A stretch of DNA of 53,560 bases from an uncultured Pseudomonadales bacterium (GCA_964414895.1 CAYPXO010000006.1:1-53560); one strand, 5' to 3'. Positions 28,096 through 37,768 are shown, counted from the first letter of the stretch. The notes: generated from the letters alone by a model not told the origin. Numbers and translations: made by a program.

Positions 28096-28301
28096 TCTTG
28101 CTTTTTTCGCTCGACAGCCAACTTCAGTATAAATCCTTGATAATTTTAGTTCTACATACTATAGTTATCATATGGATTACATGTTTTCTTTTAAGAAAAA
28201 TCCCGCTTTTGGCGTTCCGCTTCGCGGGAAAAAGGTAAAAATTCCGATTTGAAGCCCAAAAAGGGTGGCGAGCGTGTGCTGCGCGCGAGCCATCTTCCAC
28301 T

Positions 28302-28390
28302 TGGCGGAGGAGGTGGGATTCGAACCCACGAGTCCCGAAAAGGACACACGCTCTCCAGGCGTGCGGAATGAACCGCTATCCGACTCCTCC
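28302..28390 (-). tRNA. tRNA-Ser(GGA)
   Basis: CACGC-CTGGAGA-GCGTG anticodon arm, long variable arm, GGTTCGAATCC, CCA end. Confidence 0.96.
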
Positions 28391-28413
28391 AAAAGAGACT
28401 CCTCTATTATAAC

Positions 28414-29601
28414 TTACTTATCCAAAAGCGCCTCGAGTCCTGGCAGAGTTCCTTTTTCAATAAAATCGAGCATTGCCCCGCCGCCAGTGGAAATGTGATC
28501 AATTGTTTTTAAATAATGCTTCCTTTTTAAAGCTCTCATTGTATCTCCACCGCCAACAATGCTTAAAGAGTCGCGATTTTCAGCAACTGCTTTATAAACC
28601 ACCTCTGTTCCTTTGGCAAATCTTTTTTCCTCAAAAACTCCCATCGGCCCGACCCAAATAATCGTTTTAGCCTGCAGAATTATTTTTCTAAACTCTTTTT
28701 GCGTCTGGGGGCCAATATCTAAAGCTTGACTGTCAATAGGAACTTCACCTACACCAGCCACTCTGCCTCCTTCGCCTGTTTTCAAATTCCCCAAAACTAC
28801 ATCGGTTGGCAAAAGCATCGCTGTTTTTTTTCTTGAAGCCTGCCAAAAAAGCTTCTTTGCCAAATTAATCATTTGAGCAGGAACTCTTGACCGGCCAATC
28901 GAGTAACCCCAAGCTTTCAAAAAGGCATTAACCACTCCACCGCCAACCAAACAACAATCTGCCTCTCCTAAAAGCTTGCCTATCAAAGGAATTTTATCCT
29001 CAGCTTTAGCCCCGCCAACAACTGCCACCAGCGGCCTTTTGGGATTTGCCAAAGCCTTACTAATAACATCGACTTCTTTTTGCAAAAGAAGGCCGGCGAC
29101 AGCCGGAAGAAATTGGGAAATCCCTACAATTGAAGCATGCCGGCGATGAGAGGCCCCAAAAGCATCGTTAACAAAAACCTCTGCTAAAAGAGAAAGTTTT
29201 TTGGCAAAATCCTGACTGTTTTTCTCCTCGCCGGGATAGAAACGAAGGTTTTCTAGTAAAACCAAACTCCCCTGCCTAAAATTGGCCAGCTCCTCCCTGG
29301 CTTCTCTCTTAGTATAATCTCCCTCAAAAAAGCAAATCTCTTTATTAAGCAGCTCTCTTAATCTTTTGGCTACTGGCTTTAAGGAATACTTTCTAAGTCT
29401 TTTTCCCTCTGGTCTACCCAAATGGGAAATTATAAAAACCGAACATTTCTTCTCTAAAAGATAGCCTATTGTTATCAAGCTCTGGCGAATGCGAAAATCA
29501 TCACCAACTTTAAAATCCTCTCTTAAGGACACATTATAATCAACTCTAACAAGAAGTTTCTTACCGCTAACTTCTATATCTTTTATTGTCTTTTTATTCA
29601 T
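28414..29601 (-). CDS. pgk: Phosphoglycerate kinase
   Basis: RVDYNV, SHLGRP, LLENLRF, NDAFG, GGGDT, STGGGA. Confidence 0.97.
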   Translation of the reverse strand: MNKKTIKDIEVSGKKLLVRVDYNVSLREDFKVGDDFRIRQSLITIGYLLEKKCSVFIISHLGRPEGKRLRKYSLKPVAKRLRELLNKEICFFEGDYTKREAREELANFRQGSLVLLENLRFYPGEEKNSQDFAKKLSLLAEVFVNDAFGASHRRHASIVGISQFLPAVAGLLLQKEVDVISKALANPKRPLVAVVGGAKAEDKIPLIGKLLGEADCCLVGGGVVNAFLKAWGYSIGRSRVPAQMINLAKKLFWQASRKKTAMLLPTDVVLGNLKTGEGGRVAGVGEVPIDSQALDIGPQTQKEFRKIILQAKTIIWVGPMGVFEEKRFAKGTEVVYKAVAENRDSLSIVGGGDTMRALKRKHYLKTIDHISTGGGAMLDFIEKGTLPGLEALLDK

Positions 29602-29630
29602 GTAGCAATGTCAAAACAGACAAATAACTT

Positions 29631-30851
29631 TTATGCAAATTTACTTACTAACCTCTTAGTTCCGACCACCCCTAAAGCTTTAAACAAAAATTCAAACCTT
29701 TTTTGCAAATCCCTGCCGATTGCTTCCTTAACCTGCTTGGGCAAAGCCCAACACTGTTTTTCAAATCTCCCCCAGGCTTTTTTTCGCAGCCGATAATGAA
29801 ACTGTTTGTCTGTTCCTTTTTTTTCTTTTTTCATTTCTCTATCCAGCCAAGCATACATCTTAGCCAGCAATCCCTTAGGAAACCTGGGGTGATCCATAAT
29901 AATATTCTGAAAAGCGGTTGCCAGGTGAATTTCAACCGCTTCGGTTTGCGGAAAACAGGCAAAATATTTTTGCGCTAAAGTAGAAGCGCCGTGCTGGACT
30001 GCTCCGGCCATATTATATTCTCGAGCGACCCGAGACAACTTTTTTAAAACAGCAAAGTCAACATCAACTTTGGCCAGAGTGCCATCAGGCAAAACCACTC
30101 CACCATGATGAGTCCCAGTTTGCACGGAAATCTTGGATAAGCCAATTTTTCCTTTAAAAGCTTTTTGGTATCCCTCTATAAAAACTTTTAATTCTTCCTC
30201 TGTTGAGTTTTTTCCGCCAATATGACCAATTTCTCCACCCAAAGAAACAGTTATCCCTTTGGGTTGTTTTTGGCGAATATAGCCAGAAAGCTCGGCGGTA
30301 ATCAAAAAATTTGTCCATTGTTGCTGTTTGATTGTTTTTTGAGAATAATCAACCAATGTGGAGGCATCAATATCAACATTATAAAAACCAGCTTCAATTG
30401 CTTCTTTTATCAGTTTTTTTATCCTCTCTATTTCTTTTTGACTGCTTGCTTTTAACTGGAAATGGTCTCCCTGTAAAAACAAAGGTCCGGAAAAGCCCTG
30501 GGAAAGAGCAGCGGCCGTCACTACTGTTGTATACTCTAAAAAAGGCTGGGCAGTATAATCAGCTTCAGAAGGAGCCAGTTCGATTATAAAAGTGCCAACC
30601 TTGTTTTTAATCACCGCTCTAAACAAAGCCTGGGCAACCTCAAAAGTTAAACCCCTAAGGTTAAAAGCCGGCACCGTAAAGTTAAGGGAAATCTCTTCCT
30701 TGGCTCTAGCCAGGTAAAGCTCGGCAATTGAGGCCGGATAAATTCCCTTTCGGCTGGCTAGCTTTCCAACTTCCAAAAAGACCTGCTCTTTTTCTTTTCT
30801 GCTTCCCAAAGCCGCCTGTTTGGCTAAGTCATAAAGTTTTTTGTTTATCAC
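29631..30851 (-). CDS. Class II fructose-bisphosphate aldolase family protein
   Basis: VPAFN, QGDH, DIDAS, GGEIGHIG, GTHHG, VQHGAS. Confidence 0.85.
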   Translation of the reverse strand: MINKKLYDLAKQAALGSRKEKEQVFLEVGKLASRKGIYPASIAELYLARAKEEISLNFTVPAFNLRGLTFEVAQALFRAVIKNKVGTFIIELAPSEADYTAQPFLEYTTVVTAAALSQGFSGPLFLQGDHFQLKASSQKEIERIKKLIKEAIEAGFYNVDIDASTLVDYSQKTIKQQQWTNFLITAELSGYIRQKQPKGITVSLGGEIGHIGGKNSTEEELKVFIEGYQKAFKGKIGLSKISVQTGTHHGGVVLPDGTLAKVDVDFAVLKKLSRVAREYNMAGAVQHGASTLAQKYFACFPQTEAVEIHLATAFQNIIMDHPRFPKGLLAKMYAWLDREMKKEKKGTDKQFHYRLRKKAWGRFEKQCWALPKQVKEAIGRDLQKRFEFLFKALGVVGTKRLVSKFA

Positions 30852-30951
30852 GTCTTTATTTTAGCTTTTTTTTCTTCTCCTCTGCAAGACTACCTGGTTC
30901 GCCTAAAAGGCTGAATTTGACCGAAGACTGCTTTTAATTCTAAAATGCCTT

Positions 30952-31497
30952 ATGGGCCCTAAAAGCAAAACTTCTCCTCTCTCCCGCTCTCTTCTTGTTT
31001 CCTTAGGCATCCCGGCCATTTTCTTCCCTGGTCTTATTCTGGCCGCTATTCTTGGCTGGAGCTGGCAAAAAGATTTAAGCAAACTAGTCAAGCTTGGCGG
31101 CTATAAACAATCAAAGCAAATCTTTCCCACTCAGGCAACTGTTACTAAAGTTATTGACGGTGATACTTTCCAAATTGACAATGGCCAAACCGTTAGGCTT
31201 CTTGGTATTGATGCTCCCAATAAAGGAGAAAAAGATTACCAAAAAGCCAAAGAATATTTAAAAGATTTAATTGAAAATGAAGAAATAAAACTGGAGTATG
31301 ACTATTACCAAGATGACAAATTCGGCCGTATCCTGGCTTATGCTTTTGAAAAATGTAAAACAACTTTGGGCTGCCGTCACGGCGAACGGATGATAAACTG
31401 GGTAATGCTTAAAAAAGGCCTGGCTAAAATTCTTACTTACGAGGATCGCCGAAAACTCAAATACGAAGACCTTCTTAACCAAGCTACTTCTCCCTAA
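30952..31497 (+). CDS. Thermonuclease (SNase) family protein
   Basis: VIDGDT, VRLLGIDAP, DKFGRILAY. Confidence 0.9.
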   Translation: MGPKSKTSPLSRSLLVSLGIPAIFFPGLILAAILGWSWQKDLSKLVKLGGYKQSKQIFPTQATVTKVIDGDTFQIDNGQTVRLLGIDAPNKGEKDYQKAKEYLKDLIENEEIKLEYDYYQDDKFGRILAYAFEKCKTTLGCRHGERMINWVMLKKGLAKILTYEDRRKLKYEDLLNQATSP

Positions 31498-31548
31498 TGC
31501 CTCTTGCCCCCACCTGGGAGGTGTCAAACTCTTAAGACCTAGGAATTT

Positions 31549-32175
31549 TTAAATTGTATGTTTTGCAACATTTAGGCCAATTAGCTGTAGCTCTCCTGAG
31601 TCAAGAATTCTCTTGGCTTTTTTTAGAGCTTCTTTTTCGCCTTTAAAGGCCATCAACTTTAAAGCCTCTTCATATTCAAACCAACCCGCCTCTTCCATCT
31701 CCCACCCATGCTCTTCTGGCCTACCACTAACATATTCCAATAAATAAAAAGTGACTGTTTTAAAAACTCTCACTTTCTTTCCACCATCTTCCTGATACTT
31801 CTCCACCCTCCTTTTATTTTTATCTAATTTTGAATTTTTAATTGCAATTTTAATTTTTTCATTTTGAATTTTTAACTGTTTTAAGTCGGCAACGAAGAAG
31901 TATTCTTCTTTATGTATCGGTTTCTCTCTGACTAATTTGGTCTTTACCCCCATTTCTTCTTCTGTTTCTCGAATTGCTGTTTGCCAACTTTTTTCTCCTT
32001 TTTCAATAAGTCCTTTTGGCAAAACCCATTTATGATAACCTGAGTGTTTCCCAAGTAAGAATTTCACTTGACACTTGACACTTGCCTGCCCGCCCTTTTG
32101 CGTGAACGCTTGACGTTTCTTATAAACAACGCCACCGCTAGAAAATTCTCGTTTAAAACCCATTTTTTTTCTCAT
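31549..32175 (-). CDS. NUDIX hydrolase
   Basis: WVLPKGLIE...TAIRETEEEMG Nudix box. Confidence 0.9.
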   Translation of the reverse strand: MRKKMGFKREFSSGGVVYKKRQAFTQKGGQASVKCQVKFLLGKHSGYHKWVLPKGLIEKGEKSWQTAIRETEEEMGVKTKLVREKPIHKEEYFFVADLKQLKIQNEKIKIAIKNSKLDKNKRRVEKYQEDGGKKVRVFKTVTFYLLEYVSGRPEEHGWEMEEAGWFEYEEALKLMAFKGEKEALKKAKRILDSGELQLIGLNVAKHTI

Positions 32176-32458
32176 GGCTATAATTATATAGTAAACTATA
32201 ATCAGCTTACATTATTTGTAGTAAAATTAACAAAAAAGCGCACCCAGTTATACTATAAAGAAGCGAAGTATTCCATTTTCAAATGCATCGCTGCGGCGTT
32301 ATTAAAATCCAATATTTATAAATTAAGTTTCGTAGCCGCAGCGTTGAGCGGCAATATTAAACCATCCAAAAAGATTCAAAGCTTTGGATGCCGCGTCACT
32401 TTGAAAATGCAAATACAAGCTTCTATAAACAACTCCCTAGAGTCTTAAACTTACAGCT

Positions 32459-33691
32459 ATGAATCTCAAAACTATCATTTTAACCATTCTTTCTTTACTC
32501 TCTCTATCATCACCACTACCAACCAAGGAGACAAGCCCAAACCCTCAATTTTCTCCAATTTTAGGCAGAGAAAAAAAGCAAGAAATAAAGGTAAAAAAGC
32601 TAACTTTAGAGTCTATTTTTTCATCAGAAAAAGACAACTCAAAAGCTCTTCCAAAAGACCAAATAATATCCATAATAACAACCGGCGATGTCATCCCGGC
32701 GCGCAGCGTTAATTGGAAAATGACAAAATATAACGACTTCACTTATCCTTTTTTAAAGACCTACCAATTTCTAAAAGACGCTGATTTAACTTTGATCAAT
32801 TTAGAAGCTCCTCTTACTCAAAATTGTCCAGTCACTAATGAAGGAATGGTCTTTTGTGGCAATCAAAGATTTGTTGAAGGTCTAAAATTTGCTGATATTG
32901 ACGTGGTTAATCTCGCTAATAACCACACCTTAAACTATGGCTATGAAGGCTTGTGCCAAACAACCGAAATTTTACAAAAAAATAATATTCTCGTTACTGG
33001 TCTTCCAGAAAATTTAAATTGTAGCAAAAATGCTCACTTATTGTTCGAGCGAATCCCGAGCCTGTCTGCCGGCAAGGCAGACAGAGTCGAGGGGGAAGTC
33101 GAGAACCAAAAGACTGAAACTTCTCGACAAGCTCGAAGAGTAATCCCCTCCCAGCTAGCTATTAAAGAAATGAAAGGAACAAAGCTTGGCTTTCTCGGTT
33201 TTAACATCCTAGACCTCTCAATCCAATTAAACCAATCAGCCGAACTACTCCAGTCTATCCAATTTGCCAAGTCTCAAGTTGACTTTCTTATCGTTTCCTG
33301 TCACTGGGGAGCAGAATATCAGCGTTCTCCTGCCCAAGAAACCATTAATCTTGCACATAAAGCAGTTGACAATGGTGCTGACTTAATTGTTGGTAATCAT
33401 CCCCACTGGTATCAACCAATTGAAATATATAAAAATAAGCTTATCGTCTATGCTCATGGTAATTTTATTTTTGATCAAGAATGGAGCAAGGAGACAAAAA
33501 CCGGCATTGTGGGAAAATATTCAATCTTTCAGAATAAAATTGTTGATGTCCAATTTTTTCCTATATTTATTCACGACTACTCTCAGTCTTATTTTTTAGA
33601 AGGAAAGGAAAAAGAAGAAGTCCTAGAGGATCTGAAAAGAATTTCCCTAAATACTCAATACCTGCCTGCCAGCAGGAAGACTAATCCCTAA
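32459..33691 (+). CDS. CapA-family metallophosphatase (PGA_cap)
   Basis: GD, NLEAP, LANNH, HWGAEY, GNHPH, GNFIFDQ. Confidence 0.9.
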   Translation: MNLKTIILTILSLLSLSSPLPTKETSPNPQFSPILGREKKQEIKVKKLTLESIFSSEKDNSKALPKDQIISIITTGDVIPARSVNWKMTKYNDFTYPFLKTYQFLKDADLTLINLEAPLTQNCPVTNEGMVFCGNQRFVEGLKFADIDVVNLANNHTLNYGYEGLCQTTEILQKNNILVTGLPENLNCSKNAHLLFERIPSLSAGKADRVEGEVENQKTETSRQARRVIPSQLAIKEMKGTKLGFLGFNILDLSIQLNQSAELLQSIQFAKSQVDFLIVSCHWGAEYQRSPAQETINLAHKAVDNGADLIVGNHPHWYQPIEIYKNKLIVYAHGNFIFDQEWSKETKTGIVGKYSIFQNKIVDVQFFPIFIHDYSQSYFLEGKEKEEVLEDLKRISLNTQYLPASRKTNP

Positions 33692-33713
33692 ATATCATCT
33701 TGCTTATTCTCAC

Positions 33714-33750
33714 CAAAATCTTCGGGCTTTCATATATCCCGAAGATTTTG
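33714..33750. terminator. Hairpin between convergent genes
   Basis: 13-bp perfect stem caaaatcttcggg/cccgaagattttg. Confidence 0.6.
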
Positions 33751-33770
33751 TAGTTTTAACTTATATCAGT

Positions 33771-33968
33771 TTAGGCTTTTTTCAAAACCGGCATACCGGT
33801 TCTCTTGGTTTCCACTACTTTGTAGCCAGCCGGAACTTTATCTAAAGAGTTCGCTCTTGTCTCTCTGGCAAAGTAGTAAATCCGTTGATTCCTGCCTCCA
33901 CGCAAAGTGACATCCTTGTAATGAAGGTAATACTTCTGTCCCTTTGAGTTTGTATAAGAATAGGCCAT
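33771..33968 (-). CDS. Small basic protein of unknown function
   Basis: 65 aa, strong RBS GGAGGTG, downstream hairpin. Confidence 0.8.
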   Translation of the reverse strand: MAYSYTNSKGQKYYLHYKDVTLRGGRNQRIYYFARETRANSLDKVPAGYKVVETKRTGMPVLKKA

Positions 33969-34349
33969 TGCTTTTTCACCTCCCTTCTTGCCCGCCTAAA
34001 TTTTTGGCAGTGATACCGACTAATGATCGTGTGAGCGTGCCATAAAAATTTGGCGGGTCTGTGTTCTTAAATTAATTCAGTTCCTCAGTGTTACCCACCT
34101 CCTGTCCGATTCCGAATATCACCCCTGTAACCCTGTCTTGCCGGCCCGCCTGCCGGACGGGCAGGCAGGCAGGACTGACACACTGAATTTTTTGAGAACT
34201 CTGAGATTTTTTCTTTTTCCTCTCTGTTAACAGGCGTCACCTCTTATAGTAGGTATTCTTCCAGGCTTTGTCAAGAGGGAAAACAGGTAAGGTTAATATT
34301 TAGGGGGTTAGTATTGAGTATTCAGGAAGAATTTTCTAAGCCCTAAATG

Positions 34350-34919
34350 CTAAATTTGTACTTCCCCTTGTCTGATTATCTTCGAGGGCTTAACGGTAAG
34401 ATCAACTACTGTCGAGGGGGGGTTGCCGCCAGCTTTCCCTTCTAACAAAAAGTCAGCTTGGTCGATTAGTCTTCGATCAAGATGTTTCTTTTCCTTTGGT
34501 GGCGGCTGGCCAGCGAAGTTTGCCGAAGCAGTTACTAAACCAACTTCCAATTTCTCCAATAATTTTAAAGCTTGCTTGTGATCCGGCTGACGCAGACCAA
34601 CACTTCCCGTCTCGCTCGCAATTTCTTTGGGGACAGTCTTTTTTGCTTTTACTATTAAAGTCAATCCCCCAGGCCAAAACTTGCCAATCAATAAGTTTGC
34701 TTCCTTGTCAATTACTCCCAATTTATTAGCGACCATAATGCCAGCTACCAGAACCGCTGTTGGCTTGCTTTTCTCTCTCCCTTTTATCTCATAAAGACGT
34801 CTTATCCCATCCAGTCTTTGAATATTCGCTCCAATACCCCAAACCGTATCTGTGGGAAAAATGACAATGCCGCCCTCTTTAAGAACTTTGACAACCTGGT
34901 CAATAGAACTTTTGTTCAT
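34350..34919 (-). CDS. tsaC: Threonylcarbamoyl-AMP synthase (YrdC/Sua5)
   Basis: PTDTVWG, KGR...KP, FWPGGLT, SAN, PSTVVD. Confidence 0.93.
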   Translation of the reverse strand: MNKSSIDQVVKVLKEGGIVIFPTDTVWGIGANIQRLDGIRRLYEIKGREKSKPTAVLVAGIMVANKLGVIDKEANLLIGKFWPGGLTLIVKAKKTVPKEIASETGSVGLRQPDHKQALKLLEKLEVGLVTASANFAGQPPPKEKKHLDRRLIDQADFLLEGKAGGNPPSTVVDLTVKPSKIIRQGEVQI

Positions 34920-35808
34920 AGAAATATGGTAACAAAATTTGCCTAATTAGCCAAATCAGGCTAACTCCCATCAACCCAAGACTTATACCTTGTGCCACAC
35001 TGACCTCTCCAATTCGCCATGACTCAATCCGCAAAAACTCCAACCAAAAACGGCCAAAACCATAAAGTCCAAGATAAACAAAGACAAAAGTCCCTTTCCT
35101 ATAACTTATTGTTCGAGTGGAGCGCAAGCGGAGTCGAGAACCGCTCGAAGGATAACAAATAATTTTTCTCATAAGTATTGTTAATACTATAAAAATCGCA
35201 AGATTCCAAACTGCCTCATAAGCAAAAAGAGGATGAAACCGCTCTCCGCCAGCTGGCGGATCAAAACCAGGCAGGCGATTGGCCGATTTTATATAGATTC
35301 CCCAAGGCAAGTTAGTTGGTAAACCATAGAGTTCCTGATTAAAATAGTTGCCCAGCCGGCCAATCGCCTGACCAACCGGCAACCCAAAGGCTGCTAGGTC
35401 AGCGAATCTTAAGAAATTAGTAATTGAGTAATTGAGTAATTGAGTAATTGAGGTTCTTGAAAATTGAAAATTGAAAATTGAAAATTTTTTCCTTAACTGC
35501 TTCCAACTTACAATCACCGAATACCCAAATAAACCAAGCATCCCTCCCATTATCCCCCCGAATATCCCTAATCCTCCCTGCCACAAAAAGAAAATCTCTA
35601 TCAGATTTTTGCTGTAATACTGCCAATAATCCACCACATGATAAAGCCGCGCGCAGATAATCCCGGGAACTAACGCCCAAGGAAGAAGCTCATAAGCTGG
35701 CAACCGGTAACCGGTAACTGGTAACTTTTTCCTTACTTGCTCTGAAATCCAACAGCCTACCAAAACTCCTAAGCCTACAAAAAAACCGTAAAAATGGAAG
35801 AAAAACAA
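34900..35808 (-). CDS. lgt: Prolipoprotein diacylglyceryl transferase
   Basis: ARLYHV, GGLGIFG, GQAIGRLGNYFNQELYG, HPLFAYE, RFWLEFLR; start uncertain. Confidence 0.93.
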   Translation of the reverse strand: MFFFHFYGFFVGLGVLVGCWISEQVRKKLPVTGYRLPAYELLPWALVPGIICARLYHVVDYWQYYSKNLIEIFFLWQGGLGIFGGIMGGMLGLFGYSVIVSWKQLRKKFSIFNFQFSRTSITQLLNYSITNFLRFADLAAFGLPVGQAIGRLGNYFNQELYGLPTNLPWGIYIKSANRLPGFDPPAGGERFHPLFAYEAVWNLAIFIVLTILMRKIICYPSSGSRLRLRSTRTISYRKGTFVFVYLGLYGFGRFWLEFLRIESWRIGEVSVAQGISLGLMGVSLIWLIRQILLPYFYEQKFY

Positions 35809-35944
35809 CTTTTAAGGCGCGGGGAGTCTATCAATTTTGTGAGACTTCACAATGCGAGCGCCTAAAAATGCCATTGAGAGACAGAGTTTCCTCGCGAGTT
35901 TGATTCTGAAGTCGATATCAAAATTGCATAGACGACCTTAGCCC

Positions 35945-36742
35945 CTATACCAACAAGCTTAAAACTGCAAACACTCCCGTCATTATCCATAAATAATACC
36001 TTTGTTCCTGTAGGCTTACTTTTCTTTTTATCTGCCAAAAAAGCCGAGAGTTTAAAACTTCAGGTTTTGTTTTTTGCTCCTGCCATTCGTTAATTAACAA
36101 ATTTAGCCCCAAACCCATTACCAAACCTTTCCCTAAAAAAGAAGCTGTTGAAGTTAAAGTAAAAAGAGCCAGTCCTACCCAAACAAGGCGAAAAAGAACT
36201 CCTCTAAAGGCTAAATGGCTCTCTTTGGTCTTTAATAAAGCGATTGCCTGATTAAACCTACGAGCTTTTAGTAAATATTTTGATTCAACTGACACCTGGC
36301 TTTCCGGGTTGGTAAAATAAATATAAACAAAGTAGTCCAATAGGTTCAAATTCCACCCTATAAAACCGCCCAAAACCCAGAAAAAAAAGTTTTGCCCTTG
36401 CAAAAGCAAAAAATTTAACTCCAGGGAAAAAAGAGGAAAATGAACTAATCGCCAGGAAAAAATTGCTAAAAAATAGCCCAAAAAGAAAAGATGTCTTAAC
36501 CTTAAACGAAAGCGCTGACTATAAATTTTCACTTCTTGTTTAACTTCCGGAGCAATTGTTCCTATTTGCTTTTTGGCGCTCTGGACCCCCTCTCTGACTG
36601 CCTGACTAACTGGCCGAGGAAGTTGTTGGCCAACTTTGTGAACTACATTAGTAGTCGGTGGAGACTGTTGTATAGAAGATACTGGCGGTTGAAAAGGTCG
36701 TGCTTGTTCTCCAGTTGGTAGATTAACTGTTTGCTCCGTCAT
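35945..36742 (-). CDS. Membrane protein, unknown function
   Basis: Multiple TM segments, 265 aa. Confidence 0.7.
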   Translation of the reverse strand: MTEQTVNLPTGEQARPFQPPVSSIQQSPPTTNVVHKVGQQLPRPVSQAVREGVQSAKKQIGTIAPEVKQEVKIYSQRFRLRLRHLFFLGYFLAIFSWRLVHFPLFSLELNFLLLQGQNFFFWVLGGFIGWNLNLLDYFVYIYFTNPESQVSVESKYLLKARRFNQAIALLKTKESHLAFRGVLFRLVWVGLALFTLTSTASFLGKGLVMGLGLNLLINEWQEQKTKPEVLNSRLFWQIKRKVSLQEQRYYLWIMTGVFAVLSLLV

Positions 36743-36793
36743 TAAAAACAGTATAACAAGAAATAAAAGAATTTCTAATTACTAATTTTAAAA

Positions 36794-37063
36794 TTAATAT
36801 CTTATTTCAAATTCCTCCAAATTCTCCGGCTCTTCCCATAAAACTTCCACTTTTTCTACTTTAGACGCCGGGGAACCTCTACGGCACCAAGAAATCATTT
36901 CTTCTAATTTCTTTTCTGGTCCTTCAAAAACTGCCTCTACCCGACCATCGGCCAGGTTTCTCACCCAACCAGCCAATCCTAGCCTTTGCGCCTCCTTCTC
37001 TGTATAAGCGCGGAAAAAAACTCCTTGAACACGACCAGAAATGAGAAGACGAGCCCTTTTCAT
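36794..37063 (-). CDS. acyP: Acylphosphatase
   Basis: GRVQGVFFR and GWVRNLADGRVE. Confidence 0.95.
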   Translation of the reverse strand: MKRARLLISGRVQGVFFRAYTEKEAQRLGLAGWVRNLADGRVEAVFEGPEKKLEEMISWCRRGSPASKVEKVEVLWEEPENLEEFEIRY

Positions 37064-37093
37064 AAACCTGACTAATTAGGCAAATTAGCCCAA

Positions 37094-37426
37094 TTAGGCA
37101 AATCTGTCCCACAAATATTTTTCCAATTCCACTTTCCTTCCCATTACTTCCACTCCTTCTCTCTCCAACCTTTTTCTCTGCTCCCTCCATCCTCCAAATC
37201 CAAAATTCTCGGCCAAGCTTCCTTCTCTGTTTACCACCCGATGGCAAGGAACTTTAGGATTTTTATTAGCATGCAGTGCCCAACCAACTTTTCTGGCATC
37301 TTTTGTTTTTAAAATCTTGGCGATTTGACCATAAGTCGCCACCTTGCCTCTGGGAATCCTTTTAACAATCTGATAAACTCTTAAAAAAAAGTTTTTAGTT
37401 TTAAACTTTGGCTTTGAGTTTTGCAC
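37094..37426 (-). CDS. MGMT-family methylated-DNA cysteine methyltransferase domain protein
   Basis: IPRGKVATYGQIA, ARKVG, VPCHRVV. Confidence 0.92.
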   Translation of the reverse strand: MQNSKPKFKTKNFFLRVYQIVKRIPRGKVATYGQIAKILKTKDARKVGWALHANKNPKVPCHRVVNREGSLAENFGFGGWREQRKRLEREGVEVMGRKVELEKYLWDRFA

Positions 37427-37706
37427 TTTTCGCTTTGAGTTTTTTTATTTTCCACATAAACAATCTCGCTTTATTTTTTACATTATAAGCGTCCTTAACA
37501 AAACAAAGGGCTTCTGTTAAAACCTCTCGTGGCAAATCTTTGGCCAACTTGATATATAAACTTTTGCTCTTCTCGTCCCCTAAGGCCTTAGCTAACCTTA
37601 AACCATAATCCTGAAACTCATGGCTAATATATTTTTTTCTATCCAAATCATACTTATCAAGAAGGTCTCTTATTGACTGAAAACCGCCTTTATTTCTTTT
37701 AGTCAT
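37401..37706 (-). CDS. Hypothetical protein
   Basis: 101 aa ORF within a co-oriented gene run. Confidence 0.7.
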   Translation of the reverse strand: MTKRNKGGFQSIRDLLDKYDLDRKKYISHEFQDYGLRLAKALGDEKSKSLYIKLAKDLPREVLTEALCFVKDAYNVKNKARLFMWKIKKLKAKSAKLKAKV

Positions 37707-37768
37707 TTGCTTTCTTGAATTTTTTCTCTTTCCTAAAACTTTAACAATCCAAAACTCTAAAATTCTCT

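Noticed and set aside
28150-28170. C-box upstream of the controller gene (actatagt core)
   Set aside because: Only a short palindrome, some distance from the start; not enough to call
28177-28498. ORFs 28177..28392 and 28265..28498
   Set aside because: They overlap tRNA-Ser and pgk and have no coding support
32068-32448. 126-aa plus-strand ORF
   Set aside because: It starts in a repeat, overlaps the nudix gene antisense and crosses a structured region; likely spurious
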